DNA from: Callorhinchus milii
Taxonomy: Eukaryota
DNA: 64,000 bases
NCBI RefSeq assembly: GCF_018977255.1
Contig: NW_024704742.1
Span: 2,420,001-2,484,000, forward strand
Direction of reading: 5' to 3'
This document shows positions 48,791 through 60,468 of this stretch, one piece after another (the stretch's first letter is position 1; the number at the start of each line of letters is the position of its first letter). The translations under genes and the position numbers were made by a program. Under the pieces are notes generated by a model that worked only from the letters and a program-made list of their open reading frames with translations, ran no database searches and was not told where the DNA came from.

Positions 48791-50190
48791 GTTGCTGGGG
48801 GAAAAAAATGACGGTAAAGGTTGGATCGGACAGGGATCTCCATGTACAATTGTGCCGTGACAACTCTGCTCCAACAAGGTTCAGTTGACGTTCCCTGGAC
48901 ACCTCATTTCCTATGCTCGTGCCACTTACATTGTGGATTTCCTGTTCAAGTCCTTTTTTTTTTTAACCCGTTCGTCTACAGAGAAAAGGAAACGTGGGGC
49001 AATGCAAGAATATCGCAGGGCTCTGTTTGCTTGCCTTAGGGGACCAGGGAATCTGGAGTATTCCCTCCATGTGCAGTGTCGATACCTCGACTCCGAGGGG
49101 AGTGGGAGTGGGATTCAAATCTGCCACAAGATCACAAGGTTAGCTCGGCTGAAGGAAGCCCTTTTGATCTGTTCTCATCGCTCCAGAACCCAACTTCCTT
49201 TCCTGGCAACCTGTTCTCGTCGATAATTTTGCTCTGCTTAAAGAAAAACATTCTGAAATTGCCCGTTACAACTCTAAGCCTACGTCCTTTTGGCTCTACC
49301 AACAATTAAGCTTTTACTATCCACTGGCGGAGGTACCAGATTCAGTTGAGTAGTTCAAAAATATAGGTTGTATATTCTCATACAGGGACATTCTTGTTTC
49401 TCCTGAAAGCTGCTTCAAACTCTGAACAAGTTGATCAATGCTAAGAACGGTTTGATTCATGTGTCAGAATAGGTTGCAGATGATTCCGCAGTACAAGTTT
49501 CTGGATGACAAAAAAAAAAAGCACAATTGATTGTGCTTCCTTTCTGGTTCAGTTGAATGATTCTGTTGGAATTGCAATGAAAAAAAAGGACGACTCTGAC
49601 AACGGTATCGCTGACATCAGAATCGCTTGGTGTCGCGTTCCGGGTTGTCCAGACAGCCATAAATGCAGTGGGTCGGGGAGCTGAGTGTCTCAACTTCAGG
49701 AAAGGAAATAAGAAAGCTGACGTTCACTGCTGTGTGCCTCAGAGAACTCACCTTGCTGTCAATTGCTCTCTCTCTCTCTCTCTCCGCTGCTCAGATATCT
49801 CGCTGTTCCTTCAACTGCAGCTTGCCTGGACGAACAATGCCTTGCAAAGGTTGAAACACAAGATCGGAACGAGTCAAATTCTAAGATGAGATAATAAAAC
49901 TGTGGGGGAGTCCACGCTTTTAGCCGCAGATGTAATGAATGTGTTGTCACTGTCACATCTGCATCATCGATCACTTGATAGCTCCTGGAGAACGTGCGAT
50001 GTTAGCGTGTGTAGCCAGCGACGCATCTTGAAGCATTTTTTCTAACAAAGCAATATTTCACAAAGATGTAATTGATTACATGAACAGGCGATGGACACTA
50101 ACCAGCATCATTAGAAAAAATCGCGGAGGACGTTGGCTGTATTGAATAGGGGTCTACAGGATTGTTTAGTAAGGAATCATAGGTATGTAG

Positions 50191-50626
50191 GTGTCAGTGC
50201 GGCTCAGTTGACAGCATTCTCACCTGAGTCACAGCCTTGTAGGTTTAAACCTCACGTCAGGGTTTGAATTCATAGTCTACGATGACACTCCAATGCAGTG
50301 CTGGTGAAGAGCACTCCATTGATGTGTCAGCCTAGACTGTGTTCTTTGGATAACTCATCAAACTGAGGTTCCGTCTATCAGTTCAGGTGGATGTTAAAGA
50401 TCCCACGCTGCTATTTGACTGGAGAAGGGAGTTTATCCTGGACAACAATCTGCCAAAATAAAACTAGTCGTTAAATCAATGGCCTTTTGTAGGGCATTGC
50501 TGTTGTGCAAATTGGCTGCCCCTTCGCCGGTAATTACAGTCACTAAACTTCACAGTAAAGTCCTGTGAAACACTCTGAAACATCTCAATTTGATAAGGGT
50601 CTACATCAAATGCCAAAAAATAATAT
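50191..50626 (+). mobile_element. DeuSINE, full length
   Basis: Head GTGTCAGTGCGGCTCAGTTG, Deu core TTCAGGTGGATGTTAAAGATCCCACGCTGCTATTTG...AAGGGAGTTTATCCTGG, tail ...CTACATCAAATGC. Confidence 0.85.
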
Positions 50627-50833
50627 CATAAATGCGGATTCCTTCTGACCCAGTGAAACTCTTCCCCAATGATGTATTTCTGGAGCAGAGTCCCTGAAGC
50701 TTGATAGGAATTCTAATGGGAATTAAGGGATACCACAGATTAGATCCCATTGCTGTTCTACTTAACAGTCTTCAAATGTAATGTAGTCGGCGAATATCAA
50801 TAAAAAAGATTCTACCTCTGAAACTTAGTGCAA

Positions 50834-50907
50834 AATGATGCGGCAGGTATCATTTGCAATGATGCGGCAGGTATCATTTGCAATGATGCGGCAGGTATCA
50901 TTTGCAA
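50834..50907. repeat. Perfect tandem repeat, 3 x 24 bp (AATGATGCGGCAGGTATCATTTGC)
   Basis: Identical units at 50834, 50858 and 50882. Confidence 0.95.
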
Positions 50908-51665
50908 CCTGTGTGGAACTTGTGTCATCCGAAAAGGTTCAGATTTAAATCTTATCAAATTGTTTAGGATTTTTTTTCTTCAAAATCTACCGATACATCT
51001 CTGCCTCTTTGTCCATATTTATATTTCTGTTAATCTATCCACCATTTTACAAAAGGTTCTTTCGACAGGCTTGTAAATTGACGGATAGATTAACAGAATT
51101 ATAAATGTGGGGGAAAAGACAGGTGTATTGATAGATTCTGAAAAAGAAAAGGATCCTAAACTTAGCTCAAGGCTCTCAGGTCTCCCCTCAGTCTTTCTGA
51201 TAAACATCTGATGAAATATCATCTTCGCAAACCTGTAGAACACAGCCTGTTATAATCAACAACAATTTTAGGAATAATCAAAGGACGTCAGCGGGTGCCT
51301 CCTAGCTAAACAAAAGACGGTATAGATGTAAGAAAGTACACGTCTAAATTTTATCCGGAGCATGACAAACTTCTCTGGGCTCATTTGTTTTTCCTTGTGA
51401 CTTTATGTGAACGCTTCAGGGCTAGAACTGAAGAAATATGTTGAGGCTTTGTCAGGTTTTACTGCGAAACCACAGCAAGTCGATTGTGAGATTGTCTGTT
51501 CTGATGATCTGTGCAATCCAATCTGCACCACCCAGTAAAACTTGCGAGCTCAGTGTTACTGCGGAACGTGCTCCCAATAGATGAAGCAAGCTCGAAAAGT
51601 GTCATCAAAGTGCACGTTTTATGCACTGTATTGCAAATACAGGATTGCAGAAAGAATTGTGTTTT

Positions 51666-52012
51666 GTGTCAGCTTAGCTCAGTTGGTAGCACCTCTCACC
51701 TCTGAGTCAGAAGGTTATGGATCAAGCCCCGTGTCAGGATTTTGAATGTATATAATCTTGAGATCACACTCCAAAGCAGTGCTTGAGGCGTGCTGCATTG
51801 CCAGAGGTGTTGTCCTTTGGATGGGATGTTTACCCGAGGTCCCCAAATAAAACCGTTCATTCATTTCACGGCTGCTTGTGGGACGTTGCTGTGCGCAAAT
51901 TTGGCTCCCGTGTTCGCTCATAAGATACACAATCACTTCACTTTACAATAGATATCCTATGAAGGACATCATTCTGATGTGAAAGTTCTATACCAAAAGC
52001 AAGCGTTACTGT
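51666..52012 (+). mobile_element. DeuSINE with internal deletion
   Basis: Head TAGCTCAGTTGGTAGCACCTCTCACCTCTGAGTCAGAAGG; GTGCTGCATTGCCAGAGGTG...TTGGATGGGATGTT; tail GTGGGACGTTGCTGTGCGCAAATTTGGCT. Confidence 0.85.
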
Positions 52013-53955
52013 TAATGGTGTATGAAAGCCCCTGACATCACAGGGACCAGAGAAATCTTTCAGTGTAGGCACTTTACACCGTCTTAAGACATTTACGCAA
52101 ATAGTATTTGAACGGACGGCTCCTTGACAAAGAGAAGGAAAGAGTTGAGAGATGAGGAACGAGCAGAGGAAGGATAACTTCTACAACAAACCCCCCCCTC
52201 TCCCCCTCCAGCCCCTACATAACAGTCCAACGGCTCAGAAAGCTGCACAACTGAGAGAGTGACATTCAGACCAAAGGCACCACAGAGATCACAGATAGGA
52301 CAGCGTGAGATGGAGCATATTATCCTTCAGAGGTGAGGAGGAAAGAGGCAGAAAGTGTCGCGACACAGCAGTGTTCTTGGGGTGACAGGAGGAATGAAGG
52401 GATCAGAACATTGTGCTCTACCCTAGGGACACACACACCACCACCAGGGATCCCTCGCTCTGTCCCTCAAAAGCAGGTGTAGGAACGAGCTGGAGAAAGC
52501 GCACAAAATGCGCGGATGAGGAAAACAATAAAGCCACGTTGATGGAAGGCAATGGTAGGCACATTGTTAGGTACGTAATCATTGTATTTTTATTTCTTGT
52601 AATGATCTTTTGTCGCCTGACGATCGATCGTACTTTGTTGTTTTCGTTTCCTTTCTTTCTTCCGGGCATATTTTTACCAACTCCTGTGGAGTGCGCCAGC
52701 CTCAAAACGTATAGTCAGCGCTGCACCAAAGAGCCATGCATAATTGATATTGATGTCAAAGAAATATTACGCCATTTCCAATTTAGAAGGACCTTTCGAC
52801 AGGCTCGACACATGTACTATCTCCCCACCCACCCCCAAAGAGCTCAAAACCCACGCAGGAAATTTTACTCGTAAAATGTACACCTTCTCCCGCAAAATAT
52901 ACAATCGATTCACTGTACTCTCTACTCCGTGAAGCACTTTAAGACGCCTCAACACCGTGATCAGGCGCTATATCGAACCCAAGGATCATTATTATTATTT
53001 TTGCTTCACTTCACAAATCACAGCAGATATCCTGATTTCCAGAAGAAGTGTTTAAGTTGTTAATTTTGATGCGTAAAAGGAGGGTGCGAGGAAGGGAAGG
53101 GAAGGGAAGGAATGACCTTCATCCACAGAGGATATAATTGTTTCATTTTTCACAAAACAATGAATTTCTTTCCAAGCTGTAGAGTGACAGTAAAATATGT
53201 TTTGGGTAATTACAAGCAAATTAAAAAGCATCCTTTGGCTCTGAAGATTTATGATCATAAAACGACTGAATTCTGCTGATAAAGCCAACATTTATTTAGA
53301 TCTGCAACAACAAAAAACACATGAAAGGGAGCAAGATGACAGAATAGGAAAGGATGGAGGAAAGAGACTAGAGCTGTAACAGAAATGAATTGTGAAATTT
53401 AGGTAAGAACATTCTTATACTGTATTCGTGAAAGGGGAATCGTCTTAATAAGTCTATTAGACGTAATGGACTTAGTAAATGCAGTTACCTGCTCCATTAA
53501 ACTTATTTCTGCAATTTACAAACCAGACATGTGAACTTACGTCTCAAAAATGTGAAACTGTGACATTGAATTATGTTGGGTGTCGCCCAAACTGATCTCC
53601 AGGGTTGTTGGCTGCAGTTATCGCGCAGCGTTTTCAGTTGCGACTTGGCAATGGGTAGAGCAACAACAACAACAACAACATTACGTTTGCGCAGCAGCTT
53701 TCACGGTCGGGAGGACGTCCCAAGACACTGGAAGAACTTTACTTGACGGATGGTATTGATGATTCTTAGTAACGATATCCCTGGACTTTCTGACAAGCTC
53801 TACATTGATGCTCCTCAATGTTAGTGCTAATTGCCTATACAATAGGCAAGGCGTGGTGGAAAATGGAAGTGACATATAGTTCTGGGAAGCGAAATCATTT
53901 CACTCCGGCATGATCGCTCTGCCTTGTCTTTTGGTGTATGTGCGAACGATATCGT

Positions 53956-54280
53956 GGAGTCCTGTAGCTCAGTGGTTAGAGCACTCGCTTTGCAAGTGAG
54001 AGACCTGAGTTCATTTCCAGGCAGAGGGCGAAACCTTGGGCAAGTTTCCTTACTCCACACAGAGCCTAATAATAATCCCTCCAAAACCAAAAACAATAAT
54101 AAATTGGTCATTTTCAATCTATGACTGTTTGTGGGACATTGCTGTGCGCAATTGGCTGCCGCGTTCGCCCACAAAAAATATACAGTCAATTCACTTTAGA
54201 GTGTGTTCTGTGAAGTGCTTTGGGACGTCCTCCCCGACGTGAAAAGTGCTATATCAAATGCAAGGATTATTATTATTATA
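53956..54280 (+). mobile_element. tRNA-Ala-like SINE (SINE2-1_CM-like) with internal deletion
   Basis: Head GGAGTCCTGTAGCTCAGTGGTTAGAGCACTCGC; tail GTGAAGTGCTTTGGGACGTCCTCCCCGACGTGAAAAGTGCTATATCAAATGCAAGGATTATTATTAT. Confidence 0.9.
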
Positions 54281-54399
54281 ATGATTACTTCGTTCGAGTA
54301 TCAGTTGCCATGGTGAGCGGTAAAGAGCATCAGGGAATCTGGGATGAAGAGAAGAAGTGCAGAACTGCTCTTTTAGAGACGGAGAGGAGTGGTGGTTCT

Positions 54400-54735
54400 C
54401 GCGTAACCTCAGCTGACGTTCCTGGGGGAGCATTGCATTCTTGGAGGTGCTATCTTTCTGATGAGCGATTAAACCAAAATCCTGTTTGCCTTTTTCAGGC
54501 GGATGTTAAAGATCCCACAACACCAATCAAAAACAGAAGGGACTTTCTTTCTCGGGTGTGGGGTGGGGGGGGTGGGCGTTCTTGGGCAGCCATCCCTCAA
54601 ATAAATTTTGAAGCTGAGCAATCAACCTGCTTCACTTCGTGGCTGTTTGTGCGATGTGGCTGTGCGAAAATCGACTGCCGCCTTCGGCCACAAAGCACAC
54701 AGTCACGACACTTCACAGTATATCCTGTGAAGCAG
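54400..54735 (+). mobile_element. DeuSINE core and tail, rearranged
   Basis: GGAGGTGCTATCTTTCTGATGAGCGATTAAACC...CAGGCGGATGTTAAAGATCCCAC..., with tail to CTTCACAGTATATCCTGTGAAG. Confidence 0.8.
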
Positions 54736-55724
54736 GTTGATTGCTCAGCCGAAGCATGGGACCTCCAATTATGCCGTTGCAGCCCCAGAACTCCATTCAA
54801 GTGTCAGCCTGGACTGTGAGTTGGGACATCCTCCCGATACGAAAGACGCTATACGAATGCAATTTGTTGTCGTCGTTTGTTGTTGTGAGTTCAATGTGCC
54901 AAAGCGGGGCTTAAACCCATAACCGTCTGACTCAGGGGCAGAGGTGCCACCAAGTGAAGCCGGCTGATACCTAAAATGCGTCCCACTGAAGGGAATGTTT
55001 GCCCGCTACTGCGTTTGCCTTTCAGGAGGCTTCCAATGTCCCTCAGCCCTCTCAGCTGCAGTGCTTATCAATGTCCGCGTTACTGACAGGAACTGAGGCT
55101 GAAAACTGTCGCCTCACATCGAAGCAGGAAATCTTGCCATCTGATAGTCAACTGGAATGTAACATTTCTGTGCGCACAATTACTTATATTTCACCAGTGG
55201 TTTCTTGCTTTGGGTAAAGAAAATGCTCTCTGTTATAATTACCACTGGGATTTGATTATCACATCATCAAGCGCATTTTATATCTCCATATTTCCTTGAA
55301 TATTGCATCTGGCCAATAATTAACTGCTGGGCAGCGTGTATCCATCCTTTTATGCTGGCAATCTTTCTCGTTTCAGGCATAAAAATGCCACCATGTCATT
55401 GGCGTGACACTTACATATTTTAATGGGTTCTTTGCAGCTGTCAAGAGAAGGCAGTACAGTGGAAAAACTTAACTATTTGCTGCCTTCAGTAAATTCTGAT
55501 GGTAGGGCAGGTTTCCCCGTAACTTTCCAGATTCACAGACAAGGATTTGACGTCCACAATCAAGCACAGACCAGTGGTTAAAACGTGCGCCGTGCTGGTA
55601 ACTAATTGACACCCTACTTGCTATATCATAACAAGGTGTTTCCTGTAGATGTATGAGCTATGAAATTGTCCGTGGAATTGAAATAATAAGTGCTGATCAA
55701 TACTTTGGGATGCAAAAAGGCGGC

Positions 55725-55932
55725 AGAGCAAGAGGACATAGTTTTAGAATTGTGAAGGGCAGTTTCAGGACAGATACCAGGATTTGTTTTCTTTACCCAA
55801 AGGATAGTTAATGGTCTGGTCTAAACCAGGCAGGAAACTGGTTAGGATGTTAGGGTGTTAGGTGGGCGTTCTGGTAGGATGAGATTGGATGGGCCAAAGA
55901 GCTTTCTCCATCCAAACCGATCTTGTGATCAC
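55725..55932 (+). mobile_element. CR1 LINE 3' end
   Basis: AGAGGACATAGTTTTAGAATT (RGHSFRI, cf. TRGHxxKL), TTCTTTACCCAAAGGATAGTTAAT (FFTQRIVN), and a 3' UTR GATGGGCCAAAGAGC...ATCTTGTGATC. Confidence 0.8.
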
Positions 55933-57158
55933 AAATTCAAAATCGGGGACAAATATATACTCAACACCGACGTTACAGAGCTCGATAGTTCTGTGATCTT
56001 ATTCAATAAGTGAGTCAATAACGATCAGGGAAGTGCAGGGAGCAATCCAGGCAGATGTCAGTGATGAACAGGATGGTTGCTTGGCTGTGATGCTCCCCAT
56101 GTCTGCTGCAAATAGCCTGTCGACACTCTGTATAAAGGATCAGACCTGACATTTTGGGTAAGGAACTAAAAGATGGCTCGGACCCAGTAAAAAGGGGAAA
56201 AAAAAGGATTCAAGGGATTGAAGTCTTTGTCGGTGTTAGGTTTAGCAACGATAAGGATAATCCTTGCATTTGATATCACACGGTTGAAACGTCGCAAAGG
56301 GCTTCACAGAATATGGTGTAAAGGGAAGTTACTGTATATTTTGTGGGAGAAACGGATTCTGGATACTCTGAAATGCTACGCAAGTCGAGCAAATCCAGAC
56401 CCAGGTGGATTTTTTTTCCCCCAGCAGCGCGTTAAGTACTGACAAGACACGCAAGTAGATCTAGTTGAACGGAATGAGAGGCCACAACAGCATTCTTTAC
56501 GTCTGACTTCTGACACTGGTCCAGGCTGTGTGCTCCTGTCGGCAGTACAGATGGCAGTGTGGCTTTTACCTTAATGAGGTGGTTACAAAAAAAAACCCAG
56601 AGTTCTTTATTCTTTCATGCACTTCAAGCCCAAACTGGAATGTATAATCACACTGCTTATTTGAATGCATCGGAGCAGAAAACAACAAACTGAAGCTGTG
56701 TCTTCAATCAGCAGCCGTGAGTTACTCCACTCAGTCTTGTATCGCAAGATCACAAGATTAGATTGGATGAAGAAAGCCCCACGGCCCATCCCATCTAATC
56801 CTTGCAGAAGACACACACTACTGAGCCTTTTCCCCATCACCGACAAACATCAAGCTGCTTTTTTTTAAATGAAAGCTGCTTTCTTTTTTTAATCTTTGAT
56901 CAGTTCCCAAGGAAGCTCTTATCGAGATATTATCTCACACCTGCTCCTGACAGTGAGTTACAGGCTCGGTGAAGATGACGCCAGATTAGCAATCTAGACC
57001 ACTGATTCCCCAACAGACTTCAAAGTCGCTGCCACAGGTTCCTGAACTGAGCAGTGAAGCCTGTTATCTCCTCTGCAGTGCCTTTCGCTGCAATAAACAT
57101 TTGCTCCTCACGTGGGCATTTCGTAAAACTGAAGGAGCCGGAGCGTTAAGTAACGAAG

Positions 57159-57577
57159 AATTTATTTGCATTTGATAATAGCGCCTTATCATGTTGTTGA
57201 AACGTCTCAAAATGCTTTACAGGATTTTACAGTAAAGAGTGGTGACTGTGTGTTTTGTGGATGAACCTGGCAGCAAATTTGTGAACAGCGATGTCCCACA
57301 AACAGATATGGAGTGAATGTCCGATTTTACTTGAGGGTTTGTTGACACTGGAAGAAACTCCATTCCCTATATGAATAGTGACATGGGATCTCTAGCATTC
57401 TCCTGAATGACAAGCTGGACCTCGGTTTAACGTTTCATCTGATGGGTGGCACCTCAAACAATGCAGCACTCCCCCAAAGTTGCATTAGGGTGTCAGGCGA
57501 GATGATATCCTGGCATAGACTTCGAACCCATAATTCTGACTCCGAGGCAAGAGTGCTACCGATTGAGACAGGCTGAT
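57159..57577 (-). mobile_element. DeuSINE, full length
   Basis: Tail TTTGCATTTGATAATAGCGCCTTATC, Deu core TAGTGACATGGGATC...CCTCGGTTTAACGTTTCATCTGA...CAATGCAGCACTCCC, head GAGTGCTACCGATTGAG. Confidence 0.85.
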
Positions 57578-57744
57578 ATTTGCACTGAAATTCCGTGAAG
57601 ATTTCGTTTTCAACTTCAGATTCGGAATGGATCAGTAAACTAGAGAAAAATGAGAAAGTGAGAAAATGGCAGAGGAGGATCGGAGGACAGAGAAAAACAT
57701 TTATCAGATGACTGCTATAATTTTTCAAAACAGTGTCCAATTGG

Positions 57745-58300
57745 CAACAACAACAACACATTCCATTTGTATAGTGCCTTTCACATTGGGACGTCCCAAG
57801 GCGTCGGACAGGTGAGGGTTTCAATCCGAGCTGAGGGTTGGATTCAGGGGAGGTGGGGGCGAAGAGGGAGTGGGGGTGGGGGTAGAAAGATAACTGAAAC
57901 CACAGTCAAAGAGGAAGAGGCTAGAGATAGATCTTGAAGGAGACGAGGGAAAGGGCGAGCCGAAGGGACTCTGGGATGCAGTTCCAGCTTGTGGGAACAG
58001 GTAGGACCTTGGATAGGAGGGTTTAAAGGATAGCAGAGTGGAACAAGACACTGAGTTTCTGGACTAGACGCGTGAGGTGGGATGCGCATCCATGTACATT
58101 GACGCTATCAGAACCTGAGGTGAGAAGGTGTTGGCGTCAGCCGAGCAGGAGAGCCCTCCGTTTCTTCAACGTTCAACTGCAGAAAGTTAACTCTCATCCA
58201 GGAGGTGATGTCCAACAGGCGATTAGTCAGAACAGCAGTGGTTCTGCAGTAGAAGGCGGCGGCAGAGAGATAGCATTGGGTGTCATTCCCCCTACATGTG
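57745..58300 (-). mobile_element. L2 LINE fragments (3' end plus RT-domain remnant)
   Basis: Terminus (CAA)n-CATTCCATTTGTATAGTGCC. Minus ORF ...GNDTQCYLS...RLLDITSWMRVNFLQLNVEETE (cf. ADDTQLYLS...CLxDIxxWMxxNFLxLNxxKTE). Confidence 0.85.
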
Positions 58301-59200
58301 ACAATCTGGGTGAGGAGGAGTGTTTTTTGAAACGCTGACCGGTGCTGGTTTGTTGTAACAGGGGCTTGAGTAATAATAGTCTGTGTGATGAGGTAAAAAC
58401 TTTTCTCGCTCCTTGCACACAGCGATATGTTGGAAGCATTTCTGACAAGCGTAGGATAATGTGCCACTAAATTATACAGCATCCCGACTCCCGCATGGCA
58501 GAACTGTACAGATAACTTCATTAACTTTTTGAGGACATTCTGGTATTTTTGCACAATGTGAGATAATTATTCTCCTTACTATCACCCGGCATCTGCAGCA
58601 ATGATTTTCAGCATAATCATAATGCTGAGTGGGTATTTTGTGAAGGATTTGAATGACATGCACATCACGACCAGCATATTGAACATTAATACATCAGTGA
58701 ACACATATTAAACAGAAGGCAGGAACTTGAGATAAGCAATGCATAGAGTTACTGGTAGGAGACACTTTGCTGACCCCTGTGAGCAATTTTTATTGAATTG
58801 CCATCCTTTCCGGACCAGTTCCAGACAGCGCTGAGGTTTCAAGCTGTGAATGTCTTCAAAGCAGTTTCTAAGATTGAAAATAAGTGCGGATGAACATTTG
58901 ATTCATTCGAAGCTCATTCCTGGACTCACCATGCAAGCGGTGTCTGACAGCCCTTCATTACCCTGTCTGAGCGACCATTCTTCATGTGTGAGTCCAGAGA
59001 GTGAATATCTCTGCTAAAGACCCGAGGACCTTTCGCTCATTTAGTCCTTCTGCCTAGCTCATCATTCTAATGCTGGGGATTAGCACTGTTGCTTTCTTCT
59101 GAATTGCCTGTGGCGTTACACAGTGCAGTACTGCAGTGGCTTCCTGAGTGAGGAGCAGGAAATTCAAGAATAGTTTCCAGAATTGAGGCTCTAAAAATCA

Positions 59201-59310
59201 GGTTCTGACGAAGCGTCGTGGACCGGGAACGTTGGCTCACTTTCCTTTCTCCGTAGATGCTGCCTGACCCGCTGAGTTTTCCCAGCTCTCTCTGTGTTTT
59301 TGTTTCTGAG
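59201..59310 (+). mobile_element. Single-arm Penelope-like pLTR copy with a degenerate hammerhead motif
   Basis: GGTTCTGACGAAGCGTCGTGGACCGGGAACGTTGGCTCACTTTCC...GTAGATGCTGCCTGACCCGCTGAG, colinear with 37905-38010. Confidence 0.7.
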
Positions 59311-60109
59311 ATCAGACCTGGCCTTGAGCGAGACCACATCTGAAATGTTTGGAGTTCAGTTCAGAAACAGTTGACCAGTTATGAGAGTGAGGTCAGAGAA
59401 GGCAGCCGGATTCATTCCAGATCTTAGGCAACAACAATAATAATAATCCTTGCATTTGCTATAGCGCTCATCACGTCTTCGAGACGTCTGAAAGCGCTTT
59501 GCAGAATATACTGTAAAGTGTAGTGACTACAGAGGGAGAAACATACTACTAAAACAACATGGATTTATACAGCGTCTTTCATGCGGAGACATCATTTCCA
59601 GGCCAAGCGCAATCAGCGTAACTGATTCGACATAGCAGTGGTAGCTAAATATATTCACTTGACAATTTGTAAACACTTTGAGATTGATCAACTGGTATGA
59701 ACATCAATCACTAGAACTGACGTCGAGAAATAATATCACAGTAATCTGGGACTCAAGTACATACAGATGGAAAAGTAATTTGTAACAAACCAGATATTAT
59801 CCTAGAGAATCAAATAGATTGTACACGTAATTTTATTGACGTGGCTATCCCAAGTGAATGCAATGTAAAAAATTAGGAATTAGAGAAGGTTAGGAAATAT
59901 ATTCATCCACAAATTGAATTTGGACCTAAGTGGAGGTATAAAACATAGTTCCTATGCAACTGGGACTGTTAATAAGATTTCCAAAATGACTTAACAAAAT
60001 ACCCGGTGAACAAAATATCAACCTCTTGCAAAAAGTAGCTACTTTAGGAAGTTCTGGCTGACCCATCACTGAAAACCACGTAGAAACAGCCGCTACAGAA
60101 TTATTTAAA

Positions 60110-60468
60110 CTGTAATCACATTGGATTGACTGGTTTTGTGGGTGAAATGTGGCAGCCAGTGTGTGCATAACAATGTCCCACAAACAGTCATGGAGTAAGG
60201 GACCAATTTTATTGGAGGGATACCGGGAGAAAGTCCCTTCTCTTTTTGTGTAGCTCCATGGGAATCGTTAACGTCCACCCGAACAGGCAGACAGGACCTT
60301 GGTTTAAGGTCTCATCCGAAGCACGGTTCCTCCGACATTGCAAACCCTCTCTCGGCACAGCTTTGATGTGTCAACTTAGACTGTGTGTTTCCGAGATCCG
60401 ACTTGGAGCTTGAAACCACAACCTTCTGACTCAGAGGCGAGAGTGCTACCACCGAGCCAGGCTGACAC
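60110..60468 (-). mobile_element. DeuSINE, near full length
   Basis: CGTCCACCCGAACAGGCAGACAGGACCTTGGTTTAAGGTCTCATCCGAAG...CCTCCGACATTGC...ACAACCTTCTGACTCAGAGGCGAGAGTGCTACCACCGAGCCAGGCTGACAC. Confidence 0.9.

Noticed and set aside
50834..50907. CRISPR-like palindromic direct repeats
   Set aside because: The units are contiguous with no spacers, there are no cas genes, and the context is vertebrate. It is a minisatellite
54220..54819. Longest ORF (199 aa)
   Set aside because: It reads through SINE tail and Deu sequence, with no protein-like features
58386..58445. C/D box snoRNA (GTGATGA...CTGA)
   Set aside because: No convincing terminal stem and no recognisable rRNA/snRNA guide
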